From positions 1-24,992 of the forward strand of contig JAFGGO010000107.1 of NCBI GenBank assembly GCA_016930515.1: 24,992 bases of DNA. Reading direction: 5' to 3'. A program made the position numbers and the translations under genes. Positions 8,505-16,108 of this stretch are shown in pieces. The notes under the pieces are model-generated. The model saw only the letters and a list, made by a program, of their open reading frames with translations. It was not told the origin of the DNA and ran no database searches. Numbering within the stretch: the stretch's first letter is position 1; each line of letters opens with the position of its first letter. This stretch comes from Promethearchaeota archaeon (GTDB lineage Archaea; Asgardarchaeota; Lokiarchaeia; Sigyniarchaeales; SOKP01).

Positions 8505-8948
8505 TTTTTATTTCACTTCTTTCTTCTCATTTTGAATCCTGTAAAATTAGAATGTAAGTCTTCGCTATAAGCCCAGTTGTAATATCTGAAGTCTTACTTT
8601 TATCTACATTACTCTTTTAAATGCTAAAAAAATTTTATAATTTATTATTGCTAATGATTGTGTTTTTTTTTGTTTGCGAGAGGAAAAAACGCTTGAGTAA
8701 TGAAAAAAAAAGGTTTAAAACTAGTATGGATTATTACAAACCTCCCTATAGAGGTTGTTTGGGATGAAATAAAGGAAAATTTAAAAAATAGGATCAATAT
8801 AGAACTTTTTTTTAGATCCCCTTAATTTGTTTTTTAAATAATCTAAATTTAAATAAACTCTCAATAATTCATTAAATCTTAAATATTTCTGAATGGGGTT
8901 CATATATAAGATTAATGATATGAATCGTCCCTTTTTTAACAATTAATT

Positions 8949-8999
8949 TCTGCTTTTCTAGGGAGGCTAAATTTAAATAAAATGAAACATTCCCTCTAT
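8949..8999 (+). promoter_or_regulatory. feoA1 upstream motif (TCTGC-N4-CTAGG-N3-GCTAA, TATA-like, CCCTCTAT)
   Basis: Conserved with near-identical spacing upstream of feoA2 (10000-10049). Contains TTTAAATA at 8972-8979. Confidence 0.55.
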
Positions 9000-9032
9000 T
9001 AATAATTAAACAATTATTCTGTGAATCTTTAA

Positions 9033-9338
9033 ATGTTGAGACAATTTATGAAAGCTTCTAAAGACTCAAAAACTGAAAATCACAACAAAAACTTGATACA
9101 ATGTTTATCGTCGTGCGATATGGGATCTGAACTCATTGTTATAAGGGTGGAAGCAGGACAAATGGCAAAAAACCGACTCGCCAATTTGGGAATCGTTCCA
9201 GGAGCTAAAATAATAAAGAAAAAGTCTGCTCCGTTTAATGGCCCCGTAGAAATAGATGTAAAAGGATCGTCTCTCGTATTGGGAAGGGGATTAGCCGCAA
9301 AAATAATTGTAAATTGTGGTAATAGTTGTAAATTTTAA
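9033..9338 (+). CDS. feoA: Ferrous iron transport protein A (copy 1)
   Basis: RLANLGIVPG, APFNGPVEIDVKGSSLVLGRGLAAKIIV. Confidence 0.9.
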   Translation: MLRQFMKASKDSKTENHNKNLIQCLSSCDMGSELIVIRVEAGQMAKNRLANLGIVPGAKIIKKKSAPFNGPVEIDVKGSSLVLGRGLAAKIIVNCGNSCKF

Positions 9339-9355
9339 TTAATTAGTTCTAGTTT

Positions 9356-9796
9356 TTATCTACAACTCACCTTAGAAAATTTTAATACACATTCAATGTC
9401 CTTATAAAGATCTTGAATCGTGCAAGGTTTATTCGTGAAAATCATGGCGCCTATTGATAATGCTTGATTTTTTACTGATGTATCAGCACTGATAAATATT
9501 ATTTTAAGATCTTGGTCCATTTCTAACATTTCTTTAGTGGTATCAAGTCCATTTTTTAATGGCATTCGATGATCCATTATTATTATATCGGGTTTAGGTG
9601 AAAAACTTTTGAACATGTCAATAGCTTCCTTGCCATTTTTAGCTGAGGCCAAGACCGTATAACCTTTCAAATTTAATGCCTTTTCGTACAATATTCTTAA
9701 ATATGTGTCGTCTTCAACAATGAAAATACTTGTAATGATTTTCACCAAATAATTATTTTCAGTAAAATTCTTCCTTAGTAGTTGGATCGTCTCCAT
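9356..9796 (-). CDS. Stand-alone CheY-like response regulator receiver (true start probably near 9736-9748)
   Basis: IFIVEDD, AKNG, PDIIIMDHRMPLKNG (phosphoacceptor Asp), IIFISA, KP. No output domain. Confidence 0.9.
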   Translation of the reverse strand: METIQLLRKNFTENNYLVKIITSIFIVEDDTYLRILYEKALNLKGYTVLASAKNGKEAIDMFKSFSPKPDIIIMDHRMPLKNGLDTTKEMLEMDQDLKIIFISADTSVKNQALSIGAMIFTNKPCTIQDLYKDIECVLKFSKVSCR

Positions 9797-9999
9797 AATA
9801 TTAATATAAAACCAGATTTATAATAGTGATCCTTTTATTATAAAAATAGTTGAGAATCTTGAAATTTACTTTTAAAGCATAATAAATCCTAGATATAAAC
9901 CAGAATTGAAATTATATCAAAAATAAGAATATAATATGGATATTTTAATCAATTATATAGAAAAAAACATATTTATGACCATTAAAATTAGAGAATTTA

Positions 10000-10049
10000 T
10001 CTGCACAACTAGGCGCACCAAAAAGCTTTAATAAGAAAAAACCCTCTAT
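10000..10049 (+). promoter_or_regulatory. feoA2-feoB upstream motif (TCTGC-N4-CTAGG-N3-ACCAA, BRE/TATA, CCCTCTAT)
   Basis: Paralogous to 8949-8999. AAAAAGCTTTAATAA resembles BRE-TATA. Confidence 0.55.
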
Positions 10050-10078
10050 AATATTAAGAAAAATGAGATATATTAGAT

Positions 10079-10414
10079 ATGAATAAAAAAAATAATAACA
10101 ATTTCGATATTACCCAAAATTCTAAATGCGATTTCAATGAGATATATCTTGGAAACGAAAAAGGTTTGTTCGAATGTTATTTAACCGAATGTTCGAAAGG
10201 TGAAGAAATTATTGTCTCTAGAGTTGAGATTGGTCCCAAGGAAAAAAAAAGACTCGCAAATTTGGGAATCGTACCTGATGTAAAATTGATCAAAAAAAAA
10301 AGTGCCCCACTAAAAGGACCAATTGAAATATTTGTTAAAACAACATCCTTAGTACTTGGTAGAGGATTAGCTTCTAAAATAAGAGTAAAATGCCAAAGCG
10401 CATGTCCAAGATAA
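10079..10414 (+). CDS. feoA: Ferrous iron transport protein A (copy 2)
   Basis: RLANLGIVPD, APLKGPIEIFVK..SLVLGRGLASKIRV. Lies directly upstream of feoB. Confidence 0.9.
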   Translation: MNKKNNNNFDITQNSKCDFNEIYLGNEKGLFECYLTECSKGEEIIVSRVEIGPKEKKRLANLGIVPDVKLIKKKSAPLKGPIEIFVKTTSLVLGRGLASKIRVKCQSACPR

Positions 10415-10468
10415 TCTAATATGAAAAATCAATAAATTAACAAATTTAATCAATTGAAAGGATAAATT

Positions 10469-12649
10469 ATGAGTTGTCATTTACCTAAAAAGGGAAAGAA
10501 AAAATATTGGAATAAGAAAAGTAATAGTTTGGTTCACCAGTCCAGAATGAAAGATGTAAAATATAAAGAAACGATAAATGTGGCTCTTGCTGGTAATCCA
10601 AATGTGGGAAAATCCGTTATCTTCAATCAATTAACAGGTCTTTCTCAAACAATAGGAAATTGGCCTGGTAAAACAGTAGAAAGAATGGAAGGGAAATTGG
10701 ACTTTTTAGGCTATCACTTTAATATTGTTGATTTACCTGGAATTTATTCTCTTTCAACCTTTTCTTTAGAAGAAATTGTAAGCAGGGAATACATAGTCTC
10801 GGATGATGTGGATTTGATTATAAATGTCGTGGACGCAACGAATTTGGAAAGAAACCTTTTTTTCACCTTTCAACTCCTCGAATTGAGAGTTCCTATGATT
10901 ATTGCGATAAATCAAATGGATTTACTTAGGAGAAGAAACATAATGCTTGATTTTAAAAAGCTAGAGGAAACCTTCCAATTGCCCGTTCTTCCAGTTGTTG
11001 CCGTTCACGGTAAAGGAGTTCACGAACTACTCGAGGAAGCCATAGAAATGGTAGTTTTTCGGCATCCTCATCGCCATTACAGCAGGGAGGGTAGAAGATC
11101 TAGGGATCATCACGGTCATGGCTATCATCGTACGGAACATATACACGAAAAGGTTGATGAAAGCGTGCTAGTAAAAAAAGAATTTCGATTCCCAGATTTA
11201 AAAAGTGTTAGCTCATATGGTAAAGAAGTAGAGACTAAGATTGGCGTCCTTCAATCTTCAATAAAAAAAAAAGGAGTCTTACTTGAGAAACATAATTATC
11301 CTTCAAGATTTTTAGCCATTAAAGTTCTTGAAAACGATGATGAGATCAAGAAAATATTTGACATTAGCGAAGAAACAAGGGAAATTTTGAAACAAGCAGA
11401 TGATATGAGAAATTCTTTAGAAGAATTACATGGTGAAGACATTAATACCATAATTAGCTCAGAAATCTACAATAATATAACCCAAATTACAAACCAAGTA
11501 TTAATTATAAATCGTAGGGAAAAGCGGACCTCTTTAGCTGATAGATTAGACCATTTGACGACTCATTCTTTTTGGGGCTATGTTATTTTAATTTTGGTCC
11601 TTGTAGGAACTTTTTTATTCACCTTTATGATTGGAGATTTTATAGGTGGTTTATTAGATGACGCTTTTGGAACTTGGAGCGAATCTATATATGCTGAATT
11701 TGGAGAAAACGCAATTGGAGTAGTTATACTATGGGACGGTGCATTAGGGGGATTAATAGGTGCTATTGGTGGTGTATTGGTTTATGTAGTCCCGTTTTTT
11801 TTTATGATTGAAATTCTCCAAGATTCAGGTTATTTACCTCGGGCAGCGTTTTTAATGGATAAATTCATGCATTACATTGGGGTCCACGGTAAAACAATCA
11901 TTCCCATGATTCTCGGGTTTGGATGCAATGTTCCAGCGTGCGCTGGGTGCAGGATAATGGAAACAGAAAGGGAAAAAAAGATCTCCATAGCTCTTACATC
12001 CTTAGTTCCTTGCGCCGCTACGATGACGGTCGTAATGGGGTTAGTCGGGCGATATTTAGGATTAGGATGGGTGTTAGTCTTATTTATAATCAATTTTGTG
12101 GTTATTATTTTTGTTGGAAAACTATTGAATAAAAAAATGCCAGGGCAATGCACGGAACTGATAATGGAAATGCATGAATATAGGATCCCTAATTATAAAG
12201 TGATCTTTTCGCAAACATGGGTTCGATCGAAAGAGTTCATATTCAAGGCATTGCCAATCATAATCGGATTAGGAATCATATTGGAAATTCTGGTTCTTCT
12301 CAACGCATTAGAACCTATTAATATCGTGCTTTCACCAATAACTTTCTTTTGGCTGGGGTTACCTATTACAACGGGGGTCTTTCTCATATACGGAATACTA
12401 CGCAAAGAATTAACGCTCGTTCTATTAGCTTTGTTTGCAGGAGATTTAAGTACATTTTTACAGCCGCATCAAATGATCGTTTTTAGCTTGGTAACGATGT
12501 TATATATACCCTGCTTGACAACTATTGTCGTAATTGCGAAGCAAACTAGTTGGAAATATGCAATCCAACTTGCATTGCTCGAAATATTCATAGCAATATT
12601 TATTGGTGGTATAATCAACTGGGGATATGTGTTATTTACCAGCCTTTAA
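10469..12649 (+). CDS. feoB: Ferrous iron transporter FeoB with His-rich insertion
   Basis: GNPNVGKS, GNWPGKTVE, DLPGIYSL, VVDATNLERNL, DSGYLPRAAF, GFGCNVPA, VPC, GILRKE, LYIPC, and a multi-TM C-terminus. Confidence 0.95.
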   Translation: MSCHLPKKGKKKYWNKKSNSLVHQSRMKDVKYKETINVALAGNPNVGKSVIFNQLTGLSQTIGNWPGKTVERMEGKLDFLGYHFNIVDLPGIYSLSTFSLEEIVSREYIVSDDVDLIINVVDATNLERNLFFTFQLLELRVPMIIAINQMDLLRRRNIMLDFKKLEETFQLPVLPVVAVHGKGVHELLEEAIEMVVFRHPHRHYSREGRRSRDHHGHGYHRTEHIHEKVDESVLVKKEFRFPDLKSVSSYGKEVETKIGVLQSSIKKKGVLLEKHNYPSRFLAIKVLENDDEIKKIFDISEETREILKQADDMRNSLEELHGEDINTIISSEIYNNITQITNQVLIINRREKRTSLADRLDHLTTHSFWGYVILILVLVGTFLFTFMIGDFIGGLLDDAFGTWSESIYAEFGENAIGVVILWDGALGGLIGAIGGVLVYVVPFFFMIEILQDSGYLPRAAFLMDKFMHYIGVHGKTIIPMILGFGCNVPACAGCRIMETEREKKISIALTSLVPCAATMTVVMGLVGRYLGLGWVLVLFIINFVVIIFVGKLLNKKMPGQCTELIMEMHEYRIPNYKVIFSQTWVRSKEFIFKALPIIIGLGIILEILVLLNALEPINIVLSPITFFWLGLPITTGVFLIYGILRKELTLVLLALFAGDLSTFLQPHQMIVFSLVTMLYIPCLTTIVVIAKQTSWKYAIQLALLEIFIAIFIGGIINWGYVLFTSL

Positions 12650-12721
12650 CCATTTTCTTTCAAATCTTATAAATTTAAATTACTGTCAATATAATTTACA
12701 TCATAACATAACAACAAGTTA

Positions 12722-13738
12722 ATGTTAATGAAAGTACGAATAACAACTCCTTGTCGAATACATTTATCGCTAATCGACGAAAATGGATATACAGGAAGGG
12801 TTGATGGCGGCATCGGGCTAATGCTGGACAAGCCAAATGTTGTCTTTGAAGCCTCAAATTCAGCAAGCGAATTTCAAATAGAATGTAATCATTATTATCG
12901 TGAATCGATTGATGTTATTAACGAAAAGGCTTCAAAAGTCTTTAAAATGTTTAACATCAGCAATAAAAATTTTCACTTCAACCTAGAAAAATATTATCCA
13001 AGTCATGTGGGTTTAGGCTCAAAAACCCAATTGAGTTTGGCGATTGCAACTGCGATAACTTTATTAAAAAATAAGGAGATAACCGTTTGTAATCTTACAA
13101 AACTAGTGGAAAGAGGAGGTACTTCCGGTATTGGTTGGAGAGGCTTTGAAAAGGGTGGCTTTGTATTAGATGCGGGTCACGAATTTGGAATGGGTAAAGA
13201 AAAAGAAACATTCTTGCCCTCTTCGGCTTCTAATTCTGCAGATCCGGCTCTAACGATTTTAAGATATCCCATACCTGAACATTGGCGATTCGTGATAATT
13301 ATTCCTAATGTGAAGAAAGGGGCGTATGGAGATGAGGAAGTGAGTATTTTTCAAAAATATGCTCCAATACCTAGAGAAGAAGTGAATGAGGTATCGCATC
13401 AAATTCTCATGAAAATTTTACCAGGAATAATAAAGCAAAATTTAACTTGTTTCGGAGAAGGATTGAAGAGAATTCAAAAAATTGGTTTTAAAAAAATTGA
13501 AATAAGCCTCCAACACGAAATTGTTAAAAATTTGCTTTCATTTTTAGAAAACTATGGGGTTAAAGGATATGCAATGTCGTCCTTTGGGCCGAGCGTTATC
13601 GGAATAACCGAGTCCGATTCTGAAGCCGAAGAACTAAGAAATGCCGTAAAAAAATTTCTCAAACCAGATAATGAACATGTCTATATTTCCCGTCCGAACA
13701 ACACGGGAGCAAAAATAGAATTTTTTGAATGTGAATAG
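12722..13738 (+). CDS. mptG: Beta-ribofuranosylaminobenzene 5'-phosphate (RFAP) synthase, GHMP-kinase fold
   Basis: TPCRIHLSLID, GRVDGGIG, HVGLGSKTQL, RGGTSGIG, GGFVLDAGH, FLPSS, MSSFGP. Start may be ATG 12728. Confidence 0.9.
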   Translation: MLMKVRITTPCRIHLSLIDENGYTGRVDGGIGLMLDKPNVVFEASNSASEFQIECNHYYRESIDVINEKASKVFKMFNISNKNFHFNLEKYYPSHVGLGSKTQLSLAIATAITLLKNKEITVCNLTKLVERGGTSGIGWRGFEKGGFVLDAGHEFGMGKEKETFLPSSASNSADPALTILRYPIPEHWRFVIIIPNVKKGAYGDEEVSIFQKYAPIPREEVNEVSHQILMKILPGIIKQNLTCFGEGLKRIQKIGFKKIEISLQHEIVKNLLSFLENYGVKGYAMSSFGPSVIGITESDSEAEELRNAVKKFLKPDNEHVYISRPNNTGAKIEFFECE

Positions 13739-14132
13739 CTTAATGGACGAAAAAATATTCTTCTCTGAAAATTTAAGCAATAGAGAAAGAGCTTGTTTTG
13801 AAGCGGGAATTAAATTAGGTGCTCTTTACCATATTTTATGTGGAATTCCAATATCTTCTGATGTGACAGTAATTTCTTCCATCGAACGAGGGATAGAAGC
13901 TGCAATTTCTTGTCAACCTTATGTAAAACGAGTTAAAATCTCATTAAATCTGGAGAAGATCAAAGGAAGGAAAGAAAATGAATTTGATTACGATGAAGTA
14001 TCGGGAAAAATTATCAATGCTCATTTAATCCTTCAATACGAAAATGTGATTTTAGAAGCGAAAATCGATTGGATCGAAGATATGGATTATCCTCTAATGT
14101 ATATTGAAAAAATATACGATTCAAATCGATAA
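13725..14132 (+). CDS. mptD: Archaeal dihydroneopterin aldolase
   Basis: RERACFEAGIKLGALYH...GIPIS, QPYV, YPLMYI. Overlaps or abuts mptG; start could also be GTG 13731 or ATG 13743. Confidence 0.9.
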   Translation: MNVNSLMDEKIFFSENLSNRERACFEAGIKLGALYHILCGIPISSDVTVISSIERGIEAAISCQPYVKRVKISLNLEKIKGRKENEFDYDEVSGKIINAHLILQYENVILEAKIDWIEDMDYPLMYIEKIYDSNR

Positions 14133-14199
14133 AAAAAGAATGTTCAAAGGTTATTTGGAAAGAGGGAAGAAATAAAAAATCTTAATAGAAAAACAATCC

Positions 14200-14913
14200 T
14201 TAATATGGAGCCCCTAAATAGCGATTTATTAAATCAACTGTTTCTAAAGCTTGATAATTTTTCCCAAATCTTTTAATATTATTTATATTACTCGTAAGCT
14301 GAGACTTAAGTTCATTAAATAAAACTTCATTTTGTCTTTCTCGAGCTATTTTTATTCTGGTTGCTATAATAATTGATTCCAAAGCAAGATTCTCTGCACG
14401 ATTAAATAATTTTGCCGAGTTTCTAAAAAATTTTATTTTTAAGGGTTTTAAATAGAATTCAATCAGAGAAACATCTCCTAATAAATCCTTTTTTATGACA
14501 GAATTTTCTTTTGAAACAACACATATGAGCACGGCCCAAGATTGTTTGATAAAAGGAATTGATATTTTTGAGGGTGATGAATCAGAATTAAACAAATAGC
14601 TAAGCTCCTCGTATTCGTAATATTCCCTTGGGAAAATAATGCCAAGATCCTCGTTTTTTAAAGCAGATAATGCGTATAAATGGATGTCGTCTACAAGATT
14701 GATGGTTATGATTTTGGTTTCTTTTAGATTTTGTAGCGTTTTTGTTTTTGGAAACGGCTTGATCGTGATAAAATTATCTTGGGTGAGTCTGATACCCATT
14801 GCCGAGGTATTAGGGATTTTTTTTATTTTTGAAATGGTTGTTGCTAAGATTTCGTATAAATAATTTGGTTTGAATCCTAAATCGATAGGATAAAGATTTT
14901 TAGTATCCATCAC
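14200..14913 (-). CDS. DUF447-family protein (flavin-binding split-barrel-like N-terminus, helical C-terminus)
   Basis: YEILATT...PNTSAMGI, KTLQNL..., NRAENLALESIIIATR. The pterin gene context fits. Confidence 0.8.
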   Translation of the reverse strand: MMDTKNLYPIDLGFKPNYLYEILATTISKIKKIPNTSAMGIRLTQDNFITIKPFPKTKTLQNLKETKIITINLVDDIHLYALSALKNEDLGIIFPREYYEYEELSYLFNSDSSPSKISIPFIKQSWAVLICVVSKENSVIKKDLLGDVSLIEFYLKPLKIKFFRNSAKLFNRAENLALESIIIATRIKIARERQNEVLFNELKSQLTSNINNIKRFGKNYQALETVDLINRYLGAPY

Positions 14914-15004
14914 ATTTACTAAAGGAATTGGAGTAAAAAATGTTTTATAATTTGTAGGATTGATTCAAATAAGTCATTAAAAATAAACAATAAACAATGA
15001 TTGA

Positions 15005-16108
15005 TTGATGCGCGTTCTCGGGATCGATCCTGGTACTAAGTCGTGGGATTTCTATGGCTTGGATTTCAGCAAGGAAAAAGAAAAAATTATATTAGACGCA
15101 TCGATTCCCTCTGCTGAACTCATTCAAAAACCTGAAAAAGTAATTTCGTTATTGAACTCCGTTGGATCAATTGATCTCATGGTTGCACCAAGTGGATTCG
15201 GTCTTCCCCTTAAAAGAGTAGAAGATTTAACGGAAAAAGACCTATTTCTGACTTTACTCAAGTTTGATAGCAAATATAAAGATAAGCTTTTAGGCTTAGG
15301 AGATGTCTTACGACTTATCAAGTCCGCTGGGTTTTCAGCGATGATAGTCCCTGGAGTCAAGCACCTCCCCACCGTTCCAAGATATCGCAAGGTTAACAAG
15401 GTTGATATGGGCACTGCCGATAAACTATGCACGGCAGTTGTAGGAATTCGAGATCAAATGCAAAGGGATAAAAAATTACCTCAAGAAACTAATTTTATCA
15501 TGATCGAGGTTGGATATGGATTTACGGCCGTTCTTGCTGTTGAAAACGGTCAAATCATCGACGGTATTGGTGGTTCTAACATTATGGGATTTAGAGCCTG
15601 TGGAAGCTTAGATGGAGAATTGGCTTATTTGATCAAAAATATCGAAAAAAAAAACATTTATCGGGGGGGAGTGGCATACATAGCGGGTTATGCAGATATG
15701 GGCTTGAAAGAAATAGCACTACTAGCAGAAAAGGACGATCAAACGAAAATGGCTCTTGATGCTTATATTTCAAGCGTTAAAAAATCGGTATACGCGATTG
15801 CTTCATCTTTCTCAAGTAAGGATAAAATCACGGAAATATTATTAGCTGGTAGAGGTGCTGAAATTCAATATTTAAGAGAAAACATTGTTTCGTCACTCAA
15901 GGATATTGCTTCCGCAAGATTAATGAGTTCCTATAGTCAAATAGCAAAGAGAGCGGCTCAAGGAGCTGCCTTCATTGCCAACGGTCTACTAGGTGGAAAC
16001 CTAAAAGCCATTACGGCTAATCTTCAATTAAAAGAAGCTTCAGGGTCGATATTGGATGATATTTTCATCCCGTTTGAAAAAGACAGGTTAATGAGTGATC
16101 TAAATTAA
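15005..16108 (+). CDS. DUF1464-family ASKHA (actin-like ATPase/kinase fold) protein
   Basis: VLGIDPGTKS, APSGFGLP, PGVKHLPTVPRYRKVNKVDMGTADK, GQIIDGIGG, LDGELAY, AAQGAAFIANGLLGG. Start probably ATG 15008. Confidence 0.85.
   Translation: MMRVLGIDPGTKSWDFYGLDFSKEKEKIILDASIPSAELIQKPEKVISLLNSVGSIDLMVAPSGFGLPLKRVEDLTEKDLFLTLLKFDSKYKDKLLGLGDVLRLIKSAGFSAMIVPGVKHLPTVPRYRKVNKVDMGTADKLCTAVVGIRDQMQRDKKLPQETNFIMIEVGYGFTAVLAVENGQIIDGIGGSNIMGFRACGSLDGELAYLIKNIEKKNIYRGGVAYIAGYADMGLKEIALLAEKDDQTKMALDAYISSVKKSVYAIASSFSSKDKITEILLAGRGAEIQYLRENIVSSLKDIASARLMSSYSQIAKRAAQGAAFIANGLLGGNLKAITANLQLKEASGSILDDIFIPFEKDRLMSDLN

Noticed and set aside
10272-15669. Homopolymer tracts (A-runs in feoA2, feoB and DUF1464; a G-run near 15663) as frameshift or phase-variation sites
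   Set aside because: All frames are intact, and such runs are expected from Lys/Gly codons in AT-rich DNA.
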